DNA of 64,000 nt from Nitrososphaeria archaeon (GTDB lineage Archaea > Thermoproteota > Nitrososphaeria > JACIWG01). The notes under the pieces are model-generated. The model did not search any database, was not told where the DNA came from, and saw nothing but the letters and a program-made list of their open reading frames with translations. Below are positions 9,834 through 20,392 of the stretch, piece by piece. The stretch's first letter is position 1, and the number at the start of each line of letters is the position of its first letter. Location of the stretch: contig CAVVXT010000012.1 of NCBI GenBank assembly GCA_963752255.1, positions 32,001 through 96,000 on the forward strand. Direction: 5' to 3'. A program made the translations under genes and the position numbers.

Positions 9834-10577
9834 TTATTTTTTACCTTTAGGTTTTAAGAGCCAGCATTGTTGCCATGCAAAGAAATTGGGGAATTTTTTA
9901 GAAAGAAGATCACTACTCGAAGGAAGAAAAATTGAATCCAAGATCTCGATTCCAAATCGTTGACAATATAACTTGAAATCTTTAACCGTCCAAAAGTGTA
10001 GATGAGTCTGTGATTGTTTAGGAAAATATCCTTTCAATAGTTGAATTCGCCATAGCCAATATCCCGAGTTCGGCATAGTCACAATGACTCCTTTTTTTGC
10101 ATGATCCAGCATTTCCATTAATACTACATGAGGCCTAATTAGATGTTCAAGAACCTCTATAGCATTAATATAGTCATAGATATCGTCGTCTCGAAGCCCT
10201 ATGCCTTGGTTTAAATCTTTAATTCTTACCTCCAATCCCAGTATATTACATTTTTTCTGTGCTTCTTCTGATATGTCAATCCCTTTAACTTTGCATTCCT
10301 TATTTTGAACGAGGTAATTTGCTAAAAGGCCATCTCCAATGCCTAAATCCAATATTTCAGAATTTGGGTATATCCATTTCGATATTGCTATTGCCCGTTC
10401 AACCATAAATGTTGTCAAATGCCTATGATACTCTTCATAATCGGTGAACAAATCTGGAAAATTTTTCATATTTACGTCGTCTCGCAATAAATATAATAAA
10501 ATAGGATAGGAGTATCTTAGTCCGATTAAGTCCACTTTTCTTATGAATTGGATTATTTTTGCTTTCGATTTAGACAT
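9834..10577 (-). CDS. Class I SAM-dependent methyltransferase (MetW-like)
   Basis: ILDLGIGDG, GIDIS, EVLEHL, TMPN motifs. Confidence 0.88.
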   Translation of the reverse strand: MSKSKAKIIQFIRKVDLIGLRYSYPILLYLLRDDVNMKNFPDLFTDYEEYHRHLTTFMVERAIAISKWIYPNSEILDLGIGDGLLANYLVQNKECKVKGIDISEEAQKKCNILGLEVRIKDLNQGIGLRDDDIYDYINAIEVLEHLIRPHVVLMEMLDHAKKGVIVTMPNSGYWLWRIQLLKGYFPKQSQTHLHFWTVKDFKLYCQRFGIEILDSIFLPSSSDLLSKKFPNFFAWQQCWLLKPKGKK

Positions 10578-10589
10578 GTAAACTGACCC

Positions 10590-10900
10590 TTAAAATATTC
10601 TGTCATATATATCCATTATTTTGTAGATTCGCTTATTAATATCAAAAATTATCCTCTGCTTTTCTTCTTGCGTTGACGCCAAATTTCCTTATAATATCTG
10701 GGTTCTTAAGCATATGAATAATCTTAGAAGTTAACATCCTGTAGTCCTTAAGAGGAACCAAGAACCCGTTAACATAATCATCGATTATATCTCTAGCTCA
10801 TCCAGCATTGAAACTCATTACAGGTATCTCAGAATCGCAAGCCTGGAGCATGCTTGGGGTCATACCATCGCTTAAAGAAGTGTTAACATAAAGATAACTA
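10590..10900 (-). pseudogene. C-terminal remnant of a GT4 glycosyltransferase
   Basis: My translation: LYVNTSLSDG...MLQACDSEIPVMSFNAG*ARDIIDDYVNGFLVP...FGVNARRKAEDNF, with a stop and indels. Confidence 0.8.
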
Positions 10901-11076
10901 GTGCATTGTACTTATTTAATCGAACCCCCATAAACTACTTCATGTGTAAATGTGCTTATGAAAAAATTCACGCATTGGGCTTGGACAGGAACGGGATAAT
11001 CTAATTGAAACCGCCACGCTTGAAATAGGACGGAACTTGGAATTGGCCATATTTTCTTCCAACGACTTCGTAGGAA

Positions 11077-12072
11077 TCAGCGGGTCATTAGTTGGCTGTA
11101 CAGCTTCGTAAAGGATGAGGAAATGCCTGACCAATCGTATTTGTTGGCTATGTCTCTTCCCATCTTTCCCATTCTGACGGCGGCCTTTGTATTGTTTGAT
11201 AGGTAGGCTAAAGCCGAAAAGTAACCTTCAATACCAGTGGTGCTCAAGAAACCGTTTCTACCATCAGTCACAAGTTCTGGAATCCCACCGATTTGGGCCG
11301 AGACTACGGGAATAGAAGATGCCATAGCTTCCAAGACGGCATATGGGAGGTTGTCAGATAATGTGGTATGTAGGAGGGCATTTGCCGTTTTGTAAACTCT
11401 GTTCATGTCAAGCCGCTGACCAAGAAAAGTAATCGGTTCTGACGACTTTACCAAGCTTGCCAGCCAAGATAAGTATTTTCCCCCACCCGCAATTAGCAAG
11501 TGCGAGCGCGGATTGTAGTTGACAAATCTCCGGAATACCTCTATTGTCTGCGTAACTGCGTTGAGTCTCCAAGGGCTGTCCAAATTGTAGACAGATAAAA
11601 CGATATAATCCCCTTGCTTGCAACCCAGTGTTGTAGGGTCCAAAGAGGCTGAGTTATCGAACGTCTCCAAGTCCACACCATTAGGGATCATGACATCGAT
11701 GCCATACATGTCTTGTAGGAATCTCGATGGTGAAGTAGTGATATCTGATAATGCGAGCATTGCATTCCAAGCGTGTGTATATTTGAATTTATTCATCATG
11801 CTCATTGACATCCTAAATTCTGATTTATAGTCTCCATGAAGGGTGAATACAATTCTGGTTCCCGCTAGTCTTCGAGCTAGGGCAAGAATAGAAATGCTTG
11901 GGGCGGTAGTGGCTAAATGGAGAACGTCGAATTTTTGTCTGACGAGAAAAAGAGAATGGACGTCCATTAGCTGAACCTGCACCCCCTTTTTCGACAATGA
12001 CCTTAGCAAGCCCCTTGACCAAGTCGCCGTCCCGCCCACGCCCTTGGTGAGGAATAGTGCTCCGATTTTCAA
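11077..12072 (-). CDS. GT4 glycosyltransferase
   Basis: IPNGVD, DNLPYAVLEAMASSIPVV, GGIPE. Confidence 0.92.
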   Translation of the reverse strand: MKIGALFLTKGVGGTATWSRGLLRSLSKKGVQVQLMDVHSLFLVRQKFDVLHLATTAPSISILALARRLAGTRIVFTLHGDYKSEFRMSMSMMNKFKYTHAWNAMLALSDITTSPSRFLQDMYGIDVMIPNGVDLETFDNSASLDPTTLGCKQGDYIVLSVYNLDSPWRLNAVTQTIEVFRRFVNYNPRSHLLIAGGGKYLSWLASLVKSSEPITFLGQRLDMNRVYKTANALLHTTLSDNLPYAVLEAMASSIPVVSAQIGGIPELVTDGRNGFLSTTGIEGYFSALAYLSNNTKAAVRMGKMGRDIANKYDWSGISSSFTKLYSQLMTR

Positions 12073-14987
12073 GGTGCTGTCAGGTTTTGAATAGGAGATG
12101 AAGTTAGCAACGCCATGCTGGAAATGTCAAAATCGTATAGAGTCTGCCCATATCCAGCCAAAGCTACGTAGACATAGGAATAGTTCCCCGACCTTTGCAC
12201 CTTTAGGCTTGATGATAGATTTATCAAGTAGAATTGTGGATATCCACTAAGGGGTCTATCACCTATATACGTCAGGAGCTGGTTCGCATTGCCAAACCCG
12301 ACGTTCACCCAAGTTCCACTGCTTCCTCGAGCCACAAAGAAAAGTATAGGATATTGGGACAACGAAACATTTTGAGCTAGATTTATTCTGAGCCAAATAG
12401 CCATGCTGTTATTGTTATACGCTAAAGCGCTTGCATTAATGCTTCCGTTGGACGGAGAGATAGTCAAGGTCCTAGTGTTATTACTTATTTCCTGCCCCGG
12501 AAGAGGAATGGCAAATACCGAAGGTAAAATAGAATGGCTTACTTTGGTTATAATAATCAAGTAAATCGAATGTGGTGAACTATCAACTAGCATTACGGGA
12601 TTCCCCACATAATAAATCCGAATATTGTATAGATTGCCAAGTAGGCTGTAATTCCCCAAGATTGAGTTCATTACTCCGTCCAGAAAGTATCCGCCATTTG
12701 AAACGACCAGTAAGGCCAAACGGTTTGAAACGCAATAATTCATTAGATCAATCAAAACGGTTAGGTTGTCTGGAGCGCTCAGGAAATCGTGCAGCAATCC
12801 TCCTGTTGTGGATGTGGCACTCGTAAAGACCGGTCTCGGAGCAAGCAATCCCGTGGCTTTGTCCACTATTGGAGGGTCCGCGACAATTTGCGTGTTGTTA
12901 GGCAGAAACGTGTTAACCGCACTGAGAACACTAACAACTCCAGCTTCGTTAGAACGGTCGATTGTTTCTGAATGAAGAGTAACGTATGCTGTCTGGGACA
13001 AGACCAGTATGGCCACTGCAGCAAATCCTATGGTGCTCTTAAGACGTTTGCCTAATAGGGCTGACCATCTGAATCTGGTTTGCAGTTTCTTGAAGACTGC
13101 ATAAGCGTAAAGGATACCAAGTCCGCTCGAAACTGAAATCATAAGGCTTAGGTAGAACGCGTTGCGGAAGACGAAGCCCGCAGGAATCAGAAAAGGTAGA
13201 GGTATTAGCAACAGCATTAAGGTTGAGAAAAGTCCGATGGGGAGTACCTCTGGTCGTGTTTCTATGCCGAACGAAATCAAATATGCACTTCCTAGAACAC
13301 CTAGAATGAAACACAAGAGCCCTCCTACACTGATAACATCATAAGAAAACATATAAGATACGCTCGGCCCTGGAGCAAAAAAAGTTCCGAAGGAAGGAAA
13401 GGACCCTTGGAAATGAATGTATATCTCTAGCCAAGCTATTGCAGGTGTCAACAACACGAAGAGCCCGAGGAACGCCTCTTTCAGTCGGCCCTTTACGAAG
13501 AGTAGACCAAGCAAGATTATCACGTAGATTGACGCATATAATGCAGTATAGGGGCTGACTATGAAAATTAAGACTGTGACGCCCATCGTCAAAACCACTA
13601 GTAGAGTACTACTCTTAGCAATCAAGAAAACTGAAAAAATTAGGACTGTTATGAAGAGTATTACTCCAATCAGTTCTCGGACGAATTCCACAGTGTAAAA
13701 GAGCGACCAAGAGCCTCCTATGAAAACTAATGCCGGGAAACCAAGAATGAATCCTCTTAACCAAGAAGGGCGAATGTCGATCCACGTTGTGATAAGATCT
13801 TCCACACCGTTATCGAAATACCACCGATAATTATTAGAGTCAAAGACAGCATCTTCATGAAGTAAAGCGAAGATATTACATCTGGAGATATAACAAAGAT
13901 CGAAGCTAAGAGTGTCGAAACCGGAGGTGAGCTAGTGCCTCCTCTTAGGAAAAGATAGCTGGGGTTGAGTGTACCTGTCTTCGCGGCATAAAACCCTCTG
14001 CTCCAGAAGAGCCATGCATCAGACCATGGAATTTGGTTCCATCCTACTAAAAACCACCCACTTACGAACGCTAGGGCTACAGGTATCGACAGCAAAAGCA
14101 GATACATGTAATTTGTCTTTCCAATTGGAGTGATGAATGAGGATAGACTCAACTTTATCTTGGACTTCTTTACGATAACGAGCAGGATAGAAAGAAGTAA
14201 GACTTGGCAACCCACCAAGTTCACTAAAGTCATTACGCCCAGTTCGACAAGCATCCATGATAGCAGCGCAATAACCGTCAAACCTGAGACAAAAACCATC
14301 AGTGGTGACAGTAAGGTTCCACCATTCAATCCCAATCTGGTCTTCAGCAGAGTCCATAACAGAAATCCGCTTAATCCTATCTGCAAGGCGAACCATACAA
14401 AATAGATGGACGCAAGCAGTGGAACTGAATATGCGATTAAGAAGAGAAAGCATAATATGAATATCACGCAGAACAGTTTTGTAACAGATTCAATTCCTCT
14501 CTTCCTAGCCAACAGAAAAGTGAGATTAATGCTGACCTCACAGGCGACAACTACTGCTACCAATTCTGCGAGTTCAAACACATCGACTGACCCTTTAAAC
14601 AAGCCGGCTGTTAATCCCAACAGAGCTGCGAAAGTGAGTGTTGCATACAAGCCTATTCTGGATGCTCCAAGAACATGCACAAAAATCAGAGATATTACGA
14701 ACCAGAAGAGCAAGAAGTTCAGCAGGTTAAGACCGACGTTGGCGGAGCTTGGCACCTTCGTAACCTGCATCAAGTAAGACAGAGCGTTCGGACGCGCTCC
14801 CGATATCTCATTAAAGGACACTAGATATGGCGCCAAGCTGCCTGTACTGTTGATAAGTCCAAGCAACCTGAACGTCAAAACCTTCAAAGGATGTAAATAA
14901 GGTCAGAAGCACTACAACTATTGAGGAAATACCCATGGCCTTGAGCACTTCTGCAGATTTCGACTTCAGAACTTTAGAATAGCTCAT
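12069..14987 (-). CDS. Large polytopic membrane protein (~970 aa, GT-C-like), probably one gene with two frameshifts
   Basis: ATG at 14987 sits right after the upstream stop and reads MSYSKVLK... into a TM. It shifts near 14821 into 13757..14887, then near 13780 into 12069..13805. Contains a loop motif PWSDAW and an N-x-S/T-rich C-terminal soluble domain. Confidence 0.55.
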
Positions 14988-14990
14988 GAG

Positions 14991-16124
14991 TCACTGACCC
15001 TCAGAAGTGTCTATAATACGCTTAGCTAATTCCCTGTATCGCAGTGTGAAACTCTCTAGGGAGTAGTATTGCGCGGCATAACGTCTAGGAGTAAAAGACC
15101 CTGTTCCATCGAGGACTTGGCGTAGAGCCGAACTGTATTCTTCACAGGATGACTCTATTGGCAATACGTATCCGAATGAGCGAGGTCCCAGCTGACCATA
15201 GAAAGACCCGGTTGACGACGCCAATATCGGCACATTGCACGCCATGGCCTCGATAGCGGTCATGCTGCATCCTTCAAACCGTGATGGGGTGATAAATAAG
15301 TCACTTGCAGAATAGATCTCTGGCATAGCAGCTTGTGTGACTCTCTCGATCACAGCAACATTCGAGGGGGAATCTTTGACTGACCTTCCAGAGGAAAGTA
15401 TCAGAAATATCAGCTTGGGATTCCTCCGTGCCAAACCCAATACTACATCAATTCCCTTGCTGTATGAAGGGGGGCCAACGAACATTATAACCTTGCGGTC
15501 TGCCGGTAAGCCCCACTTGGCACGGGATTCACGAGAGCTCAATGGTCTGAATCTCTCCAAGTCTACACAATTCGGAATGACGGTGCTTTTTATTCTGTAG
15601 TACTTGTACAGCAATGAGCTAACGAAATCAGAGACGCACACAATGTGCTTTTTTCCCCTTCCACTGAGGTATTCCAAGAAGCCACGCCAATATCTGTAAT
15701 GAGCTGCCGCCAGTGAGTTAGTACTGCTGAGAACGTAGTCCGCAACACCGCGATATAACCCGTGGAAGATGTTCACGGAAGGGATATCTATCTTGCAGAG
15801 ACTCAGATACCATCCATAGATTCCGTTCGCAAAAACAAGGTCGATTTTTCCCTGTCTGATAAGGTTTCGAGCCAGTCTTCCTGTGATAAGAGAGTTGTAC
15901 AACTCAGGCGTCCATTGTCTCCCACCCAACGCCTTGAACAAACCATGTCTTTCAACCGCGTCGCTTATCGTGAGTGTCCGGAGGTCTGTAAACACCCTCC
16001 CAAGGTACTCGGAGAAAACTTCGACTCCCCCGGATAACTCTTGGTAAGTATATGGCGTGACCAATAGTTTCGATCTACAGCTTTTGCTTATCAGCGTTTT
16101 CAATTCAATTTGCCTTATACACAT
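14991..16124 (-). CDS. GT4 glycosyltransferase
   Basis: IPNCVD, KGID, PSRFEGCSMTAIEAMAC. Confidence 0.92.
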   Translation of the reverse strand: MCIRQIELKTLISKSCRSKLLVTPYTYQELSGGVEVFSEYLGRVFTDLRTLTISDAVERHGLFKALGGRQWTPELYNSLITGRLARNLIRQGKIDLVFANGIYGWYLSLCKIDIPSVNIFHGLYRGVADYVLSSTNSLAAAHYRYWRGFLEYLSGRGKKHIVCVSDFVSSLLYKYYRIKSTVIPNCVDLERFRPLSSRESRAKWGLPADRKVIMFVGPPSYSKGIDVVLGLARRNPKLIFLILSSGRSVKDSPSNVAVIERVTQAAMPEIYSASDLFITPSRFEGCSMTAIEAMACNVPILASSTGSFYGQLGPRSFGYVLPIESSCEEYSSALRQVLDGTGSFTPRRYAAQYYSLESFTLRYRELAKRIIDTSEGQ

Positions 16125-16216
16125 GGTATATATAGGACATACGCATTTTTTTCAAGAGACGGCTGTAGCCACAAAGCCTACAGTCACTTTGAGGAACTTA
16201 ACGATCTTTTTATTCA

Positions 16217-17077
16217 TTAATAACCTCTCCATTTCCTAATCGAAAACGCACCAATGAATGCAGGAAACGTAAGAAGGGTGGAGATTCCATAGAATCTGAC
16301 CGAAAACATCAGATGGTTCCTTATATTGTAATACTCCCCTAAAAGTTTACTTGACAAAATACAACCACCGAGTCCTCCAAAGTAGTGGTACGCTATTGCG
16401 TGTGGTTCAAAGAACAGACAGTAGCCTTTCTTGCGAAGTCTGAAGTAGAAGTCTGTTTCCTCCCGCGAGTAGCTACCTTTGTAGAGCCTGCTTTCGAATC
16501 CGCCAACACTAAGCAAGGCTTTCCGACGTATCATGGAACATGAATGAAGAAGCTCCACTTCGATAGACTTATTGGTATTCAATTCAAAATTACATTTAAT
16601 GTCTCTTGTAATTGAACTGATTGAAACAACATGTCTCTGCCCGTTAGGACGACACCTAGGAAAACTTATTAGACGTGGGCCTACCGCGCCAACAGGTCGA
16701 TTTGCTTTATCAAGGCTACTTAAGAATTTGACTAAGGTCAAGATACAATTATCATCTAATACAAGATCATCTTCGGAAAAAAATATAAGTGAACCTTCGG
16801 AAAGCAAAACTCCTTTATTTCTTGAAGCAGGTAGCCCAAGTCGTTTTTGATTATGATATATTTTAATTCGATCGTCTGACTCTAAATAACTTTGCAGTTT
16901 TTCATACGTGCCATCAGACGAACAGTCATTAATTATGATAAGTTCAAGCTGATCATAACTTTGCTTTAGTATTGATTCTATGCTTGCGCCAATTATTGGG
17001 GCCCTGTTATAAGTTGGTAGTACGACTGAAACTAATGGATTTTTCACGCGATTATCCACCTTTAATAATCCTATCAA
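16217..17077 (-). CDS. GT2 glycosyltransferase
   Basis: SVVLPTYNR, INDCSSDGT, SRNKG, EETDFYFR. Confidence 0.92.
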   Translation of the reverse strand: MIGLLKVDNRVKNPLVSVVLPTYNRAPIIGASIESILKQSYDQLELIIINDCSSDGTYEKLQSYLESDDRIKIYHNQKRLGLPASRNKGVLLSEGSLIFFSEDDLVLDDNCILTLVKFLSSLDKANRPVGAVGPRLISFPRCRPNGQRHVVSISSITRDIKCNFELNTNKSIEVELLHSCSMIRRKALLSVGGFESRLYKGSYSREETDFYFRLRKKGYCLFFEPHAIAYHYFGGLGGCILSSKLLGEYYNIRNHLMFSVRFYGISTLLTFPAFIGAFSIRKWRGY

Positions 17078-18318
17078 TGTACGGAAACAACATTCTTCGA
17101 TATTCTACATTTATCAAACTTCTTAATTGCATTTTCATACATTTCTTCGTATTTTGGAATGATTTTCTCCCATGTGTATTTTGACTCGATTAATTGCCGT
17201 GCATTTGCACCAATACTTTTTCTCTCATTTTCGTTTTCTAATAAGTATACTATTTTTGAAGCAAAGTCTTTTTCGTCTTTAGCCGCGACGACATTCTTCC
17301 AAGGTTTGGCCCCTTTAATTGCTAAGAAGCTAAACAATGTCCCAACAACAGCTTTCCCCATGGACATAGCCTCTAGTACATGATTCGGAATGCCCCCTCT
17401 TTTAAATGTCGGATCAATAAACACATGTGCTCTATTAAGGAACGGTCTAATATCGTTTACATGCCCGGTTACCAAAACATTACTCTTCTTTTTTGCCTCA
17501 TACAACAAATCAAGAGGAAGGCCTTTTCCAACTAGATATAATGTAACATTTGGCATCGCTTTTGTTATCTTTGGCAAAACCTTTCCTAATAACCAAGCGA
17601 CCTCATGGTGATGAGCGTTCAAATCCGCCATGTAAATAATCGAATGGCCGTTTAGGAACAATGTTTCAGAGGGACGGAAAAAGTCAGTATCAACTCCATT
17701 TGGGATTACCTCAACATCTATTCTAGGGTTCAAAGAGCACAAGTACCCTTTATCAATGGGAGATACCACATGAATCTTCTGAAATTTTTCATAATTACTC
17801 CTTTCATAGAGGGTTTCAATCGGGTATCGTGTCATGAAATATATTTTTTCTATGAACGGTACCTCCTTCTTAATGAATACCATATCTCTTGAAGCGAGTG
17901 ATAAACTGTCATTGATTGACAAAATCGATGGGTAGTGATTTTTGGTGAGTTTTAAATATTGAGCTAAAAGTATCGTGTCAAAATGCACCAAATCGATATT
18001 TTTATTTTTGGTTAAATTATCTAATTTTCTTATGAATGTAGTCGAACTTGAACTGAATACAGAGTATAATAAGTGTTTACTTAAAAGGCTCGATAACATA
18101 CTAAGATTCCACTTAGTTTCTTTATGCACGCTTATCGTTTCACAATATTCAGCGAATTTGTAATTATATGGACAGATTAAATCTGCGTTTTTCACAAAAG
18201 ATAACAGTTGAATATTATGTCCCCTAGCAGCTAAACCCTTTATCAGATGGTATGTCTTTATCCGAATTCCATCTAATGGCGGATACGGGAAACTTGATGT
18301 CAAGATAAGGATTCTCAT
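17074..18318 (-). CDS. GT4 glycosyltransferase
   Basis: FPYPPLDG, IPNGVD, GGIPNHVLEAMSMG. Confidence 0.92.
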   Translation of the reverse strand: MRILILTSSFPYPPLDGIRIKTYHLIKGLAARGHNIQLLSFVKNADLICPYNYKFAEYCETISVHKETKWNLSMLSSLLSKHLLYSVFSSSSTTFIRKLDNLTKNKNIDLVHFDTILLAQYLKLTKNHYPSILSINDSLSLASRDMVFIKKEVPFIEKIYFMTRYPIETLYERSNYEKFQKIHVVSPIDKGYLCSLNPRIDVEVIPNGVDTDFFRPSETLFLNGHSIIYMADLNAHHHEVAWLLGKVLPKITKAMPNVTLYLVGKGLPLDLLYEAKKKSNVLVTGHVNDIRPFLNRAHVFIDPTFKRGGIPNHVLEAMSMGKAVVGTLFSFLAIKGAKPWKNVVAAKDEKDFASKIVYLLENENERKSIGANARQLIESKYTWEKIIPKYEEMYENAIKKFDKCRISKNVVSVH

Positions 18319-18385
18319 TGTTCACATCATTTCGAAGGATTATACTGATATAGACAAACTTTATCCATTTTTTATGCTTGCTTAT

Positions 18386-18958
18386 TTAGTCCGTAAAAAA
18401 CAAGAACTTACTTTTCTCACACACCACGTAGCCTAGATCATGTAACAATTCAATGATAGGGATTTTCATATCAGAGCTATGTATTTCAACGATAACCAGC
18501 CTAACACCTTTGGCAATTGTTTTTAGAGCCCCTTTAATTACATTTAACTCAGCTCCTTCAACATCGATTTTAATCACACTTGGCTTATCCATGTGCTCAA
18601 AAAAGGTGTCCAGCGTGACAACGGGAACTTCAACTGAACCTTTACCTTTATGTATCAAAGTGCCCTGATCGGTTAAGTTTCTACCCCCTCGTGTGGGAAT
18701 ATATAACTCCGCATGCCCATTAAAATCGGAAACTGCTGCTTTAACCACTATTACATTTTTAAGTTTATTGATAATTATGTTGAAGCGCAAAAACTTACAG
18801 TTGGATGGATTGGGCTCAAAGGCGAGTACTTTCTTCGCTAATTTTGCACATATAAATGTGTAGTAGCCAGCATGAGCCCCAACATCGACAAACACATCAT
18901 CAGGTTTCAGTGTAGATTTTATAACGCGGAGAGCCAAGCACTCGTAAGTACCCAGCAT
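18386..18958 (-). CDS. FkbM family methyltransferase (start may lie up to ~110 nt upstream)
   Basis: VDVGAHAGYY, AFEPNP, KIDVEGAE. Confidence 0.9.
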   Translation of the reverse strand: MLGTYECLALRVIKSTLKPDDVFVDVGAHAGYYTFICAKLAKKVLAFEPNPSNCKFLRFNIIINKLKNVIVVKAAVSDFNGHAELYIPTRGGRNLTDQGTLIHKGKGSVEVPVVTLDTFFEHMDKPSVIKIDVEGAELNVIKGALKTIAKGVRLVIVEIHSSDMKIPIIELLHDLGYVVCEKSKFLFFTD

Positions 18959-19080
18959 CTGTGCCTTGGGGCTGACAGGAGGAGACGTAAATATTCCATA
19001 TCTCGTGGGAATAATGACTAATGGAAGTTTTACGATGAATTTAGCGAGAATATTGTTCAGAGCCTTTCTACCATGTTAAT

Positions 19081-20259
19081 TTAAACTGAGAGTGCATAAC
19101 TAATGGCATCAACAAACATTTCTTTCATCAGGCTTGGGTCGAACTTCGTGGTGACGATTTCAACGGAATTTTTTCCCATAGATTCAAGTTTCCCCGAATC
19201 GAGCAACTTTTCCATGGCTAAGTACAGTTCTTCACTGTCAGCCCCGTTAAGTACGAAGCCATTTTCGCTGTGACGTATCATTTCGATTGCTGCTTGAGAA
19301 TTTTTCGTGGAAATAACGGGTAACCCGCATGCCATCGCCTCGTTTATTACAAAACCCCAAAGATCTTCTAGTGTAGGTAATACGAAAACGTCGGCGACAG
19401 AATAAATCTTTACTAATTCTTCTAGGCTCAGACCAGAATGAATGATCTTAAAATTTTTAAGATGGAGAGAGTTAGCGAGATCTTTTAGGTACAATTCTAA
19501 GGAGCCACTTCCCACCAGTACCAATGCGATATCATTGCGTTCATGCTCAAGTTTTCCATAAGCACGTAGTAAATATTCAATGCCTTTTCTTCTAATGAAT
19601 TGACCTACATAGAGGATAACAACTTTACCTTTCAATCCAATTTGACCTTTTAACTCCTCCTTGGATAACCGGTACTTATGCGATATTTCAATGAACAATT
19701 TATTGTCTATGGCATTTGGAGCGATAAAGATCTTTTCCGCATTCGCTCCCAGATCAATAACGTAATTTCTCGACAGTCCCCCAGGAACTACAATTGCATT
19801 TGAAGCTTTTATGAACAATATTCTTAGCGGCCTAGTTAAAGCTCCAAGTATCGATTGAGGCTCCTTGATTCCTTCCGTCCAATAAATTATGGAGATCCTA
19901 AATAGTTTAGTAATAACAAAAGCGAACCACATGGTAGGGTCAACGTAACCGCCGATTATTACAACATGCGGTTTATTTTTGATAATTTCCTTTAGGATAG
20001 ATGGATTTAGACTAAGCTTTCCGATTGGTGTCTTAATGTTGATTACTGGAAGAATCTTATACTTGTAGTCATAGTTTCTAGGCCATAAATCCCAATTACG
20101 TGAACCATCTTTTATTGTGCAGTAATAAACCACTAAGTCTACATCTTTAGAAAGCTCTTCGAATAATGGATGCCTATAAGGCGCAATTGTATTATGTATT
20201 ATTGCAACTTTGCACTTTCTCATAGACTTCGAGCTGAGAAACAACCTTTGAAATACCAA
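19081..20259 (-). CDS. GT4 glycosyltransferase
   Basis: APYR, YVGQFIRRKG, EDLWGFVINEAMACGLP. The true start may be MRKCK (ATG at 20223). Confidence 0.92.
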   Translation of the reverse strand: MVFQRLFLSSKSMRKCKVAIIHNTIAPYRHPLFEELSKDVDLVVYYCTIKDGSRNWDLWPRNYDYKYKILPVINIKTPIGKLSLNPSILKEIIKNKPHVVIIGGYVDPTMWFAFVITKLFRISIIYWTEGIKEPQSILGALTRPLRILFIKASNAIVVPGGLSRNYVIDLGANAEKIFIAPNAIDNKLFIEISHKYRLSKEELKGQIGLKGKVVILYVGQFIRRKGIEYLLRAYGKLEHERNDIALVLVGSGSLELYLKDLANSLHLKNFKIIHSGLSLEELVKIYSVADVFVLPTLEDLWGFVINEAMACGLPVISTKNSQAAIEMIRHSENGFVLNGADSEELYLAMEKLLDSGKLESMGKNSVEIVTTKFDPSLMKEMFVDAISYALSV

Positions 20260-20287
20260 ATGACCTTACTACCCTTTTTAGTTTTTT

Positions 20288-20374
20288 CTAAAGGCATTTG
20301 GCCAAACGAGCAAGGCGGAAAGTAAGACCTATTCCTAAACTTGAACATATTAGAAGTATCTTTGGGTTTTCCAA
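20288..20374 (-). pseudogene. Possible N-terminal stub of a deleted GT4 gene
   Basis: TTG start gives ENPKILLICSSLGIGLTFRLARLAKCL*, which resembles the first beta-strand and helix of GT4. Confidence 0.35.
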
Positions 20375-20392
20375 TCGATTTTCGCTTGTTCT

